Assembly (NCBI RefSeq): GCF_000621645.1
Contig: NZ_KK211322.1
Span: 171,717 to 203,716, forward strand
Reading direction: 5' to 3'
From: Vibrio cholerae ATCC 14035
GTDB taxonomy: Bacteria; Pseudomonadota; Gammaproteobacteria; Enterobacterales; Vibrionaceae
Length of the DNA stretch: 32,000 bases
Shown: piece after piece, positions 1 to 10,470 of the stretch
Layout of the letters: the number at the start of each line of letters is the position of its first letter
Position numbering within the stretch: the first letter of the stretch is position 1
Notes under the pieces: model-generated
Seen by the model: the letters and a program-made list of their open reading frames with translations, nothing else
Databases searched by the model: none
What the model was told of the DNA's origin: nothing
Translations under genes and position numbers: made by a program

Positions 1-1759
1 CAAGATGCTTGAGGTAACGCAGCGAAGAGTAGCCTGTTCCAAAGTCATCAATCGAAATACTGATTTGGCTCTCTTTCAACTTGGCCATTTTTTCTATGGC
101 GCTCTCAACGTTTTCCAGCAGTAAGCTTTCAGTTATCTCTAATTCTATCGGCTCCCCCGTGATCCCTGCTTGGCGTAAAGCGTGGTTCACCTGCTCAATA
201 AAAGACTCCTGAGCAAACTGTAGTGGGCTGATATTGATCGCCAAACGGCGAAAATGGGGCGGTAAAATGCCTTGTTTTTTCCACTGGGCATATTGATAAC
301 ACGCTTGCTCAATGATCCAGTTGCCTATCGGTAAAATTTGTCCTGTTTCTTCTGCGATCGGCATAAAAACACCGGGAGGCAACAACCCTCGTTTAGGATG
401 GTTCCAGCGGATCAGCGCTTCGACACCAATAATGTTGTGCTGCTCGTCGACCTGAGGTTGGTAGAAAAGCTCGAGTTGGCGCTGATTGAGCGCTTCATGC
501 AAGCCTTTTTCAATTTCAAGGAAAGACTCCACCTGCGCCTGCATTTCCGGCTCATAGAACATGAACTTGTTACGCCCACTGGCTTTGGCGCGATACAGTG
601 CGGTATCCGCTTGACGTAATACATCAATATTACAGCTTCCTACGGAAGGGAAAACCGAAATCCCGATACTCACGGTACAGTAGAACTGGTGATCGTCCAC
701 CGCATAAGGGTTGGAAATCAGAGTGAGTAGCTGCTTGGCCACTTCCTCAGCTTTCGCAGGCGAGAGATAAGGGATCAGCACTGCAAACTCATCGCCACCA
801 ATTCGTGCTGACAGGTAGTCGTTTTTAGTCCATGCCTCCATGCGCAGCGCCACGGCTTTAATCAACTGGTCACCGATGGTATGACCGAGTGAGTCATTAA
901 TGGTTTTAAAGCGATCCAAGTCGAGATAGAACAGTACGCCAGTACTGTGCGAGTTTTGCGCAGTTTCAATCGCATCACTCAATTTTTGCAGCAACAAACT
1001 GCGATTGGCGAGGCCAGTGAGGCTGTCATAATAAGCCAATTGATTGAGTTTCGATTCTGCTAGCTCTTTGCCTTTCCACATCGATTGAAACGTCGACGCG
1101 AGCTCACTGAGTTCATCGTCATGAGTAAGACGAAGAGGCAGAGGTGAGCGCTGTGTGTCATTGAGTGAGTTAACCCAAGTGATCAGCATGGTGATTGGGC
1201 GAGAGAGCTTTTGGTAGAAAAACAGCAGTAAAATGGTCGTCAATAGCGTATTACGTAATAGGTCGAAGAGCAGTACGCGAGTGGTTTTGGCGATGAACAC
1301 CTTGGCTATTGATGAGCCATCGATGTAGAAGCTCAGTTTGCCGACCACCACGTTGGAGTTAGGTTGATGCAGCTCAGCACTAAACACGGAAACCGCAGGG
1401 GTAAGATAGCTGGCGAGTACACTGACTAATTGACTCTGTTCACTGATTGCTTTTTCTTTACGTGTCATCACATCGCCAAAGTCATCCACAATCTCCACTT
1501 TGAAGATGCCAGGGTCGAGCATCAAGGTGGTGGCGACTTGCTCGGCGAGTAGATTATTAAGATGGTAAGCCGCCTGACTGGCGTTTTCATAACTCTGCAC
1601 CAATTTAAAGTTATAGTGCTCCTGCACCTTGCTCTGCTCTTGGTGCAGATCGGATAAGGTGTGGTAAAAACTAAAACAGAGTCCCAACAGTACAGAGACT
1701 AAAAACACGCTTTTGGCTTGCTTAAAGGCCAAAGAATGAATCTTGCGAAATTTGGTCAT
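1..1759 (-). CDS. Membrane-bound HAMP-GGDEF-EAL c-di-GMP signalling protein, N-terminal ~586 codons (3' end runs off the left edge of the window)
   Basis: My own reverse-strand translation from ATG 1759..1757 stays open to base 1. It is absent from the ORF track because it has no in-window stop. MTKFRKIHSLAFKQAKSVFLVSVLLGLCFSFY gives TM1. A second hydrophobic span LLTTILLLFFY is followed by a HAMP-like linker. RIGGDEF is intact (805..785). EAL-domain motifs are EALIRW (421..404), ELEITES and DDFGTGYSS (49..23). Confidence 0.9.
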   Translation of the reverse strand, partial: MTKFRKIHSLAFKQAKSVFLVSVLLGLCFSFYHTLSDLHQEQSKVQEHYNFKLVQSYENASQAAYHLNNLLAEQVATTLMLDPGIFKVEIVDDFGDVMTRKEKAISEQSQLVSVLASYLTPAVSVFSAELHQPNSNVVVGKLSFYIDGSSIAKVFIAKTTRVLLFDLLRNTLLTTILLLFFYQKLSRPITMLITWVNSLNDTQRSPLPLRLTHDDELSELASTFQSMWKGKELAESKLNQLAYYDSLTGLANRSLLLQKLSDAIETAQNSHSTGVLFYLDLDRFKTINDSLGHTIGDQLIKAVALRMEAWTKNDYLSARIGGDEFAVLIPYLSPAKAEEVAKQLLTLISNPYAVDDHQFYCTVSIGISVFPSVGSCNIDVLRQADTALYRAKASGRNKFMFYEPEMQAQVESFLEIEKGLHEALNQRQLELFYQPQVDEQHNIIGVEALIRWNHPKRGLLPPGVFMPIAEETGQILPIGNWIIEQACYQYAQWKKQGILPPHFRRLAINISPLQFAQESFIEQVNHALRQAGITGEPIELEITESLLLENVESAIEKMAKLKESQISISIDDFGTGYSSLRYLKHL

Positions 1760-1968
1760 AGGCCCGACTTCATTTTTTTCTACTCTCTACAGTTATAGTC
1801 CAAATTTATTGATAAATTAATTAAAACTGCCATGAGAAAATATGAATTCACTCATTGAATACAGTGAAGTTGCTCCCTGCGCCAAGATAGGGGAGAATAC
1901 CGCGCAAATTTGAACCGAAACGCTCGCTAGCTTATGTTGGGCTGATTGAGCACAAAGAGAACTTGTTG

Positions 1969-3558
1969 ATGTCAACTACACCCTATTTCGGCGAAGTATC
2001 AAAGCGCCGTACTTTCGCGATCATCTCGCACCCTGACGCGGGTAAAACCACGATTACTGAAAAAGTCCTGCTTTTCGGACGTGCGATCCAAGTAGCCGGC
2101 ACGGTAAAAGGCCGTGGCTCAAACCAGCATGCAAAATCTGACTGGATGGAAATGGAAAAAGAGCGTGGTATTTCGGTGACCACCTCTGTTATGCAATTCC
2201 CGTACGGCGATTGTCTGGTGAACCTTTTGGATACTCCGGGACACGAAGACTTCTCGGAAGATACTTATCGTACCCTGACCGCAGTTGACTCTTGTTTGAT
2301 GGTGATTGATGCGGCGAAAGGGGTTGAAGATCGTACCCGTAAGTTGATGGAAGTGACCCGTCTGCGTGATACGCCGATCGTGACCTTCATGAACAAACTT
2401 GACCGTGAAATCCGTGACCCGATGGAGTTGATGGATGAAGTGGAAAATGAGCTGAAAATTGCTTGTTCGCCGATCACATGGCCAATCGGTTGTGGTAAAG
2501 AGTTTAAAGGTGTTTACCACATTCATCGTGATGAAACCATTTTGTACACTTCAGGCCAAGGCCACACCATCCAAGAAGAACGCATTATCAAAGGCTTGGA
2601 TAACCCTGAGCTGGATCAAGCCGTCGGTGCTAATTTAGCGGCGCAGCTGCGTGAAGAGTTAGAATTGGTACTCGGCGCGTCACATGAGTTTGATCGTGAG
2701 TTGTTCCTGCAAGGCGAACTGACTCCGGTATTCTTTGGTACAGCACTGGGTAACTTTGGGGTTGATCATATGCTGGACGGCCTGACCCAATGGGCACCAT
2801 CACCTATGCCTCGTCAGGCGGCTGAGCGTGTGGTTGAGGCGAGCGAAGAGAAATTCACTGGCTTTGTGTTTAAAATTCAAGCCAACATGGATCCTAAACA
2901 TCGCGACCGGATTGCTTTCGTGCGTATTGTATCGGGCACCTACAAGCAAGGCATGAAGATGAACCATGTGCGCCTTGGTAAGCAGGTTAATATTTCTGAT
3001 GCGGTAACCTTTATGGCGGGCGACCGTGCACGCGCAGAAGAGGCATTTGCTGGCGATATTATCGGCCTGCATAACCACGGCACGATCCAGATTGGCGATA
3101 CTTTTACCCAAGGTGAAACGCTGAAATTTACTGGTATTCCGAACTTCGCGCCTGAACTGTTCCGCCGTATTCGTCTGCGTGACCCACTCAAGCAAAAGCA
3201 ACTGCTGAAAGGCTTAGTACAGCTTTCGGAAGAGGGTGCGGTGCAGGTTTTCCGTCCGCTCCAAAACAACGACCTCATCGTGGGTGCGGTGGGGGTACTG
3301 CAGTTTGATGTGGTGGTATCGCGTCTGAAATCGGAATACAACGTTGAAGCCATCTATGAAGGCGTTAACGTTGCGACCGCGCGTTGGGTTGAGTGTGACG
3401 ATGTGAAGAAGTTTGAAGAGTTCAAACGCAAAAACCAGAGCAACCTTGCGCTGGATGGGGGCGATAATCTTGCGTATATCGCACCCACCATGGTGAATTT
3501 GAACTTGGCGCAGGAGCGTTCACCTGAGGTGAAATTCCGCGCGACTCGTGAACACTAA
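1969..3558 (+). CDS. prfC: Peptide chain release factor 3 (translational GTPase)
   Basis: ORF track 1963..3558. G1 [13 protein letters not shown]3 DTPGHEDF and G4 NKLD are present. It is collinear with E. coli PrfC as I remember it (..[25 protein letters not shown].. to ..TREH). I prefer ATG 1969 ([10 protein letters not shown]) over the TTG at 1963. Confidence 0.96.
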   Translation: MSTTPYFGEVSKRRTFAIISHPDAGKTTITEKVLLFGRAIQVAGTVKGRGSNQHAKSDWMEMEKERGISVTTSVMQFPYGDCLVNLLDTPGHEDFSEDTYRTLTAVDSCLMVIDAAKGVEDRTRKLMEVTRLRDTPIVTFMNKLDREIRDPMELMDEVENELKIACSPITWPIGCGKEFKGVYHIHRDETILYTSGQGHTIQEERIIKGLDNPELDQAVGANLAAQLREELELVLGASHEFDRELFLQGELTPVFFGTALGNFGVDHMLDGLTQWAPSPMPRQAAERVVEASEEKFTGFVFKIQANMDPKHRDRIAFVRIVSGTYKQGMKMNHVRLGKQVNISDAVTFMAGDRARAEEAFAGDIIGLHNHGTIQIGDTFTQGETLKFTGIPNFAPELFRRIRLRDPLKQKQLLKGLVQLSEEGAVQVFRPLQNNDLIVGAVGVLQFDVVVSRLKSEYNVEAIYEGVNVATARWVECDDVKKFEEFKRKNQSNLALDGGDNLAYIAPTMVNLNLAQERSPEVKFRATREH

Positions 3559-3608
3559 GGATTAAGCTTAACGTGCGCTGAATATGGTGCGCGTTGAGCT
3601 AAGCCAAT

Positions 3609-3640
3609 AAAAAAGCCGATGAAAATGCATCGGCTTTTTC
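3609..3640. terminator. Bidirectional rho-independent terminator between convergent prfC and srmB
   Basis: An 11-bp stem AAAAGCCGATG (3611-3621) pairs with CATCGGCTTTT (3628-3638) around the 6-nt loop AAAATG. A-run and T-run arms serve both strands. Confidence 0.85.
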
Positions 3641-3662
3641 GTAACTGGATTACCTATCTTGT

Positions 3663-4934
3663 TTAGGCTTTGGTCGCGGCTTTCTTCTTGGTCGCTTTTG
3701 CTTTTGGCTTGCTGGTGGTTTTCTTTTTCACCGCGCCTTTGTCTGCGGTTTTCTTGCTGTCTTTTTTCTTTTTCTTAAACACAGGCTTTTTGTGCTTAGG
3801 GCGTAAACCATCAATAAAGCGCTCTTTAACTTCTTCTTTGATGTAACGTTCAACACGCGCCATCATCGGCTGGTCGTGCGCTTCAACCAGTGAAATAGCA
3901 ATACCTTTTTTCCCTGCACGTCCGGTGCGACCAATACGGTGTAGGTAAACGTCAGCACTGCGTGGCAAGTCAAAGTTGATCACATGGCTGATGTCTGGCA
4001 CATCAATACCACGCGCCGCCACATCGGTAGCCAGCAGAATATTGACATCGCCTTCACGGAAACGGCTGATCGCATTGTTACGGCGATCTTGCGGCATTTC
4101 ACCTTGAATCCAAGCACAAGGGATCTGGGCTTTCTCCAGCTCAGCACGCAGGTCTGCGAGACGCTCACGAGTTTTCAAAAACACGATAGAACGTTCAGCT
4201 TGCTCGGTCAGGATCTTTTTCAGCAGTTCCACTTTGTGAGGCATATCATCGGCGCGGTGGTACCACTGCGAAATTTTCTTACGCTCACGACGGGGTGGCT
4301 CGGCATCGACATGGGCGGGATCTTTTAACAGATCGGCAGTAAAGCCTTCCACACCGCGGCCTTCTAAAGTCGCAGAGAAGAGCAGTGTCTGTTTACGCCA
4401 GCGACACTCGGTTGAAAGGCGGTCAACGGTTGGGCCAAAGCCCATATCCAGCATGCGGTCCGCTTCATCGAGGATCAGCCACTCAATCGCACGACAATCA
4501 AAGCGCTCGGCGTCAATGTATTCCAGCAGACGTCCTGGTGTGGCGACCACGATATCTTGAGTCGTGGCCAGAATATCGGCGTGCTCTTGGTACTGAACAC
4601 CACCGGTAATGGTGAAAATGTTCAGACGAGTATTTTTGGCCAGCGCTTGTGCTTGTTCAGCCACTTGCATCGCCAGTTCACGAGTCGGAGTGAGGATCAA
4701 AATCCGCGCAGGACCCGCTTTACGGCGTGGGAAATCGAGCAAATATTGCAGCGCTGGGATCACGAAAGCCGCCGTTTTACCCGTGCCTGTTGGGGCTGAG
4801 GCTAAGACATCGCGACCATCCAGTGCTTGCGGGATTGCTTCAGCCTGAACTTGGGTTGGGCGGCTAAAGCCCATTTCTTCGATCGCTTCAAGCAAAATTG
4901 GATCGAGTTCGAGGTCGGCAAAGGTTTTAATCAC
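3663..4934 (-). CDS. srmB: DEAD-box ATP-dependent RNA helicase SrmB
   Basis: Motifs SAPTGTGKT, PTRELA, LDEADRML, FSATL and HRIGRTGRAG, plus a lysine-rich C-terminal tail. It is collinear with remembered E. coli SrmB. GTG start with GGAG 9 nt upstream. Confidence 0.92.
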   Translation of the reverse strand: MIKTFADLELDPILLEAIEEMGFSRPTQVQAEAIPQALDGRDVLASAPTGTGKTAAFVIPALQYLLDFPRRKAGPARILILTPTRELAMQVAEQAQALAKNTRLNIFTITGGVQYQEHADILATTQDIVVATPGRLLEYIDAERFDCRAIEWLILDEADRMLDMGFGPTVDRLSTECRWRKQTLLFSATLEGRGVEGFTADLLKDPAHVDAEPPRRERKKISQWYHRADDMPHKVELLKKILTEQAERSIVFLKTRERLADLRAELEKAQIPCAWIQGEMPQDRRNNAISRFREGDVNILLATDVAARGIDVPDISHVINFDLPRSADVYLHRIGRTGRAGKKGIAISLVEAHDQPMMARVERYIKEEVKERFIDGLRPKHKKPVFKKKKKDSKKTADKGAVKKKTTSKPKAKATKKKAATKA

Positions 4935-5021
4935 AAATAATTACTCCACAAGCGTTGAAAGGCTCTGTCTTAAAACAGGGCGCACATTATAGATGGATCA
5001 CGCTTTAGATCACATCTTTAA

Positions 5022-5744
5022 TTACGACATCTTCAGATAAAAATCGCGAGTTAACTGGCAAAACGCCTCACTGTAACCCTGCTGCTCACGGATCACCAGT
5101 CTTGTCTCTACTGGTAAACAAGGGGATAGGTGCAGCTCAAATAATAGACGATGCACAGGTTTTTCCGTGGTTGGTTGAACCTGACAATAGCGCCCCACAA
5201 AGAGTCCAGCTTGTTTGGCTAGGACGATGAAATCTTCACCTTCCGCTTTAGGCAGAATAAAACTCGCTACGCCATCGGGTTCGAGGAGCTGAGGTATGCG
5301 CTCAATCAAGGCTTGGTGCTGCAAGCTAATGGTGTGGCGTGCCGTCGCTCTGACTTGGTGTTGAGCGGTTTCTCCGCTGTTGAAATAAGGAGGATTACAA
5401 ATGATTGCGGCAAAGCGTTTGCTGGGCTGCCAGTGCAGAATATCGGCATGTTGGCATTCGATGCGTTCAGCCCAGGGACTCTGCTGGCGATTGTGCTCTG
5501 CCGCTTGATACGCACTTTGCTCAATATCCAAAGCGGTGATGTGGGCATGAGGGAAGCGCTGCGCGCACATTAAACTCAAAAGCCCTGTACCACAGCCAAT
5601 ATCTAAAATCGTCGTTGGAGAGAGGCTAAATGCCCAGCTACCGAGTAAAACGCCATCGGTACTGATTGGCATGCCGCATGTGCCTTCTTCTATAGAGAAT
5701 TGTTTAAAGCGAAAGCTTTTATTGATTAATTTATTGGTTTTCAT
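5022..5744 (-). CDS. yfiC: tRNA1(Val) (adenine37-N6)-methyltransferase (YfiC/TrmN6 family)
   Basis: SAM motif ILDIGCGTGLL and N6-adenine MTase motif IV NPPYF. The size (240 aa) and the position next to srmB fit YfiC. Confidence 0.8.
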   Translation of the reverse strand: MKTNKLINKSFRFKQFSIEEGTCGMPISTDGVLLGSWAFSLSPTTILDIGCGTGLLSLMCAQRFPHAHITALDIEQSAYQAAEHNRQQSPWAERIECQHADILHWQPSKRFAAIICNPPYFNSGETAQHQVRATARHTISLQHQALIERIPQLLEPDGVASFILPKAEGEDFIVLAKQAGLFVGRYCQVQPTTEKPVHRLLFELHLSPCLPVETRLVIREQQGYSEAFCQLTRDFYLKMS

Positions 5745-6052
5745 CGAGATTCTAGGTCAAACCAGAGTTAAGCGAAAAGCTCTCTTCTGAAGATGGTTAA
5801 TAATATTTTATTCTGTTGATTGGTGAAAAAATGAGCTTATAAAGTAGGTCGTAATTCTGCATTTTTACAGTCAGCTAGCATATGACACTGCATAAATGTT
5901 GTGATTATAAATTATTGTTGTGTTTTTTGCTTTGCGGTTGCGAAATACAAGCGCATTCGTCATTATTCGGCCATAAGCCGCTTGGTATCACATTTTTCTA
6001 AGCAGCGAAATGCATACACAACATTCATTACTTTAATAAATAAGGGTTATCT

Positions 6053-7366
6053 GTGAAGCAGACGTTAAAACTAGCAGATATTTTAGCTTTGGGCTTTATG
6101 CTGTTCGCCTTCTTCTTAGGCGCAGGCAATATCATTTTTCCACCTCTCGCTGGCCAGTTGGCGGGTGAGAACATTACTCCTGCCATGTTCGGCTTTTTGC
6201 TGACCGCTGTGGGTTTGCCGCTGATCACTATCATCGCGATTGCCGTTGCGGGTGGTAGCTGGGAGCATCTCACCAAAGATCTGCCTGTAAAAGCTTCTGT
6301 GCTGATGGCAGCACTGATTCTGATCGTCATTGGTCCTGCATTTGCAGCTCCTCGTACGGGTCTGGTGGCTTACGAAATGGCAGTAAAACCATTTTTTGCA
6401 GAGAGCACTCAATCTTATCTCACGCTTTTCTCTGTGCTGTTTTTTGCAGTTGCGATGTTCTTCTCATGGTCGCAAGGCAAACTGGTTGATTTGATTGGTA
6501 AACTGCTGACACCAGCGCTCTTTATCGGTCTGATTATCCTTGCTCTGGGCGTGTTCATGAACCCACAAGGTGAGATGATTGCTGCGCAAGGTGAGTACCT
6601 AAGCCAACCTCTGACCAAAGGCTTCTTGGAAGGCTATAACACCATGGATACTTTCGCATCGTTGATGTTTGGTATCTTGATTGTCGATGCACTGCGTAGC
6701 AAAGGGATTACCGATCGTGCGGCGACTACCCGTTATCTGATCACTTCAGCGGTGATTGCGGCAATTGGTTTGGCGTTGGTTTACGGCTCGCTCTTCTATC
6801 TTGGTGCAACCAGCTCAAGTGTGGCGGCGGGGGCCAACAACGGCGGCGCGATTTTAAGCCAATATGTACAAGCTCTCTTTGGTAGCTACGGTCAGTTGGT
6901 TCTCTCGGTTATCGTTATGCTGGCTTGTTTGACCACGGCGGTTGGCTTGATTTCAGCGTGTTCTGATTTCTTCAGCAAACACACGTCGCTATCTTACAAA
7001 CAGTGGGTAGTGATTAATGGTGTAGCGTGTGGTGTTGTGGCGAACGTTGGTTTGGCACAGCTCATCACACTCTCGATTCCTGTACTGTTTGCTCTGTACC
7101 CTGTGGCGATTGCTCTGGTCGCATTGACTTTCGTGCGTCACAAACTGCCAAACCCACGGGTAGCATACCGTGCTGTGCTGTCCGTTTCTCTGCTGGTGGC
7201 GTTACTGGATGCGGCAAAAGTTGCGGGCTTTGATGTTTCTGCGTTCAGCTTCCTACCTTTCTTTGAGTACGGTATGGGCTGGTTGCTACCGACTTGTGCT
7301 GCGATGATCTGCATGTTCTTTATTCCTTCAGCATCATCCCCTGTTCTAGAAGAAGAGCTAGCATAA
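6053..7366 (+). CDS. brnQ: Branched-chain amino acid transport system II carrier (LIVCS family)
   Basis: 437-aa polytopic membrane protein. The N-terminus ..ALGFMLFAFFLGAGNIIFPP.. matches the remembered E. coli BrnQ signature. GTG start with TAAGGG upstream. Confidence 0.92.
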   Translation: MKQTLKLADILALGFMLFAFFLGAGNIIFPPLAGQLAGENITPAMFGFLLTAVGLPLITIIAIAVAGGSWEHLTKDLPVKASVLMAALILIVIGPAFAAPRTGLVAYEMAVKPFFAESTQSYLTLFSVLFFAVAMFFSWSQGKLVDLIGKLLTPALFIGLIILALGVFMNPQGEMIAAQGEYLSQPLTKGFLEGYNTMDTFASLMFGILIVDALRSKGITDRAATTRYLITSAVIAAIGLALVYGSLFYLGATSSSVAAGANNGGAILSQYVQALFGSYGQLVLSVIVMLACLTTAVGLISACSDFFSKHTSLSYKQWVVINGVACGVVANVGLAQLITLSIPVLFALYPVAIALVALTFVRHKLPNPRVAYRAVLSVSLLVALLDAAKVAGFDVSAFSFLPFFEYGMGWLLPTCAAMICMFFIPSASSPVLEEELA

Positions 7367-7385
7367 CGCTCTTCAATAGCAGATT

Positions 7386-7413
7386 AAGCGGGAGCCTTGG
7401 CTTCCGCTTTTTT
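7386..7413 (+). terminator. Rho-independent terminator after brnQ
   Basis: AAGCGGGAG (7386-7394) pairs with CTTCCGCTT (7401-7409), 9 bp including one G-U pair. It is followed by the T-run 7408-7413. Confidence 0.75.
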
Positions 7414-7535
7414 ATACGGATCTTTTGCGGTTTATTCTGTTTCCTAAGGCGGGATAACGTATTTTTTCCTGTATCTTCATCACATTTTTCAGTAGAATTC
7501 CGCGGTTAATTTCTATTCATAACCCGTAAGCCAAC

Positions 7536-8634
7536 ATGTTTGAAATCAATCCTATTAAAAACCGCCTGCAGGATGTGTCTGAACGCACAAATATCCTGAG
7601 GGGGTATCTTTGACTATGACGCCAAGAAAGAGCGTCTTGAAGAAGTCAATGCCGAATTAGAACAACCTGATGTCTGGACCCAACCTGAGCGTGCGCAAGC
7701 CCTCGGTAAAGAGCGTTCAGCACTTGAAGCGGTTGTGGATACCATCGATCAACTGGATCGTGGTGTCGATGATGTCGAAGGTCTACTAGAACTGGCCATC
7801 GAAGCGGAAGATCAAGAAACGTTTGATGAAATTGGTCCTGAATTGGATGAGCTAGAAGCGAAGCTTGAACAGCTCGAATTCCGCCGCATGTTCTCTGGCG
7901 ATCACGATTCTTCCGATTGCTACCTTGACCTACAAGCCGGCTCTGGCGGTACAGAAGCGCAAGATTGGACGTCGATGCTGCTGCGCATGTACTTGCGCTG
8001 GGCAGATGCTAAAGGCTTTAAAACCGAAGTGATTGAAGTGTCGGAAGGCGACGTAGCAGGATTGAAATCTGCGACAGTGCGTATCATTGGTGATTACGCT
8101 TATGGTTGGCTACGTACTGAAACCGGTGTACACCGTCTAGTGCGTAAATCACCGTTCGATTCAGGTGGCCGCCGTCATACGTCGTTTGCTTCGGCGTTTA
8201 TCTACCCTGAAGTAGATGAAAACATAGATATCGAAATTAACCCTGCCGATCTGCGTATAGACGTGTATCGTGCTTCTGGTGCCGGTGGTCAGCACGTTAA
8301 CACCACCGAATCGGCGGTACGTATCACTCACGTACCGACCAATACGGTCGTGCAGTGTCAAAACGATCGCTCACAGCACAAAAACAAAGACCAAGCGATG
8401 AAGCAACTTCGCGCCAAACTGTTTGAATTGGAGCTGCAAAAGCAGAACGCCGAGAAACAGGCTAACGAAGATGCTAAATCCGACATTGGTTGGGGTAGCC
8501 AAATCCGTTCTTACGTGTTGGATGATTCACGAATCAAGGATTTACGTACAGGTATTGAAAACCGCAACACGCAAGCGGTACTCGATGGTGACTTAGACAA
8601 ATTTATCGAAGCTAGCCTGAAATCAGGCCTGTAA
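7536..8634 (+). CDS. prfB: Peptide chain release factor 2, expressed via programmed +1 frameshift (7536..7610 joined to 7612..8634)
   Basis: ATG 7536 reads [25 protein letters not shown], then in-frame TGA 7611-7613. The +1 frame from 7612 continues [19 protein letters not shown].. into the ORF-track ORF 7735..8634. SPF (RKSPFDSGG) and GGQ (GAGGQHVN) motifs are present. Confidence 0.95.
7599..7614 (+). promoter_or_regulatory. prfB autoregulatory +1 frameshift site (internal SD + CUU UGA C)
   Basis: AGGGGG (7599-7604), then TAT, then CTT TGA C (7608-7614). This is the canonical RF2 recoding signal. Confidence 0.93.
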
Positions 8635-8658
8635 GCTTTTTACCGACAAACAAGGTAC

Positions 8659-10197
8659 ATGCAAATGACTGATGCTGTTCAAAACGAGATTAATCAAGAG
8701 CAAATCGCGCAAGAAGAAAACAAACTGATTGCAGAGCGTCGCAGCAAGTTGGATCACATCCGCAAGAACTGTAAAGCAAACGGGCACCCAAACTCGTTCC
8801 GTCGCGACAGCCTAGCGGGTGATCTGCAGAAGAAGTTCGGTGAAAAGAGTAAGGAAGAACTGGAAGCGCTCAATCACGTGGTGTCTATCGCTGGTCGTGT
8901 GATGGCAAAACGTGGCCCATTCTTGGTGATTCAAGAAACCTCTGGCCGCATTCAGGCTTATGCATCGAAAGAAGTGCAACAAGAGCTGAAAGACAAATAC
9001 CAAGGTTTGGATATCGGTGACATCATCGGTGTGCAAGGTGCCCTGCACAAATCCGGTAAAGGCGATTTGTACGTCAACATGGAGCAATTCCAACTGCTGA
9101 CCAAAGCACTGCGCCCGCTGCCAGAGAAATTCCACGGTCTGACTGACCAAGAAATGCGTTACCGCCAGCGTTACGTTGACCTGATCGTCAACGAAAACTC
9201 TCGCAACGCTTTCATTGTACGTTCTAAGGTGATGTCAGCCATTCGTAACTTCATGATCTCAAAACAGTTCATGGAAGTGGAAACGCCGATGATGCACGTG
9301 ATCCCTGGTGGTGCGAGTGCGCGCCCATTCATCACGCACCACAACGCGCTCGACATGCCGATGTACCTGCGTATCGCGCCTGAGCTGTACCTGAAGCGTC
9401 TGGTTGTCGGTGGTTTTGATCGTGTATTCGAAATCAACCGTAACTTCCGTAACGAAGGTCTTTCTCCACGTCACAACCCAGAATTCACCATGATGGAATT
9501 CTATATGGCGTACGCGGACTACAAAGATCTGATGGATCTGACGGAAGAGCTGCTCAGCTCTGTGGCGTTAGAAGTTCTCGGTTCAACCTCCATGCCTTAC
9601 GGTGAGCATACCGTTGAATTTGGTGGTAAATACGCGCGTATGAGCATGTTTGATGCGATCAAGCACTACAACCCAAATCACGCGCAGATCCAAGCTCTGA
9701 CCGAAGAAGACATCCAAAACCGTGACCTAATGGTTTCTATCGCGAAATCCGTTCACGTTGATGTGGAGCCTTTCTGGACCTGTGGTCAGCTTCTCGAAGA
9801 GATCTTTGGTGAAACGGCTGAGCCGAAACTGATGCAGCCAACTTTCATCACTGGCTACCCAGCAGATATCTCTCCACTGGCACGTCGTAGCGATGACAAC
9901 CCGTTCTTCACTGACCGCTTTGAGTTCTTCATCGGTGGCCGTGAAGTGGCAAACGGCTTCTCAGAGCTGAACGATGCTGAAGACCAAGATGCGCGTTTCA
10001 AAGCCCAAGTGGAAGCGAAAGAGTCTGGTGATGATGAAGCCATGTTCTATGATGCCGACTACATTACCGCTTTAGAGCACGGCTTACCGCCAACAGCGGG
10101 TCAAGGTATTGGTATTGATCGTCTGGTTATGCTCCTGACCAATACTCACACTATCCGTGATGTGATTTTGTTCCCAGCGATGCGCCCTCAGCAATAA
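8659..10197 (+). CDS. lysS: Lysine--tRNA ligase (class II)
   Basis: Collinear with remembered E. coli LysS. Motifs include ..FMEVETPMM.., NRNFRNEG, and [15 protein letters not shown] near the C-terminus. The start could be ATG 8659 or ATG 8665. Confidence 0.96.
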   Translation: MQMTDAVQNEINQEQIAQEENKLIAERRSKLDHIRKNCKANGHPNSFRRDSLAGDLQKKFGEKSKEELEALNHVVSIAGRVMAKRGPFLVIQETSGRIQAYASKEVQQELKDKYQGLDIGDIIGVQGALHKSGKGDLYVNMEQFQLLTKALRPLPEKFHGLTDQEMRYRQRYVDLIVNENSRNAFIVRSKVMSAIRNFMISKQFMEVETPMMHVIPGGASARPFITHHNALDMPMYLRIAPELYLKRLVVGGFDRVFEINRNFRNEGLSPRHNPEFTMMEFYMAYADYKDLMDLTEELLSSVALEVLGSTSMPYGEHTVEFGGKYARMSMFDAIKHYNPNHAQIQALTEEDIQNRDLMVSIAKSVHVDVEPFWTCGQLLEEIFGETAEPKLMQPTFITGYPADISPLARRSDDNPFFTDRFEFFIGGREVANGFSELNDAEDQDARFKAQVEAKESGDDEAMFYDADYITALEHGLPPTAGQGIGIDRLVMLLTNTHTIRDVILFPAMRPQQ

Positions 10198-10213
10198 TCA
10201 CTGTAGATTGATT

Positions 10214-10243
10214 AAAAAGCCGCTCTATTGAGCGGCTTTTTTT
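10214..10243 (+). terminator. Rho-independent terminator after lysS
   Basis: AAAAAGCCGCTC (10214-10225), loop TATT, GAGCGGCTTTTT (10230-10241), then further T residues. Confidence 0.88.
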
Positions 10244-10470
10244 ATTTCCTCAAGAAATAATCGTGCCAAGTCGGTGCAATGTAAGTCATTCTTTTTACTG
10301 AATTATGACTTTCTCCCATAAGTTGATTAGAAAAATGGGCATTTGTTGGCTAGTCTTATCTGTGAGACAGATTCTAGTGCAAAGTCTCGCTAATGTAACG
10401 TCCGTAACCATGTAGTGGGTGCGAATAGAATAATCCGCATCGTAACAATAAAAATAAGGAATATAGGTTC

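Noticed and set aside
338-627. ORFs 338..619 (+) and 412..627 (-) at the left end.
   Set aside because: Both lie within the long open reverse-strand frame that encodes the GGDEF-EAL protein. They are alternative-frame artefacts.
2119-3353. Antisense ORFs inside prfC (2119..2526, 2800..3201, 2940..3353). Similar shadow ORFs occur inside srmB, brnQ, lysS, nptA (21060..21515), ptsP and ileS (27316..29438 region).
   Set aside because: These are shadow ORFs on the opposite strand or in an alternative frame of strongly supported conserved genes. None has an RBS or a recognisable motif.
7294-7509. 71-aa ORF spanning the brnQ 3' end and the brnQ-prfB spacer.
   Set aside because: It overlaps brnQ in another frame and reads through the brnQ terminator. 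It has no RBS.
10358-10372. Palindrome ATCTGTgagACAGAT about 100 bp upstream of vpsR, and TTATTTCctcaaGAAATAA at 10242-10260, as possible operators.
   Set aside because: The arms are only 6-7 bp, which is common by chance in AT-rich intergenic DNA. I cannot match them to any regulator motif I can state with confidence.
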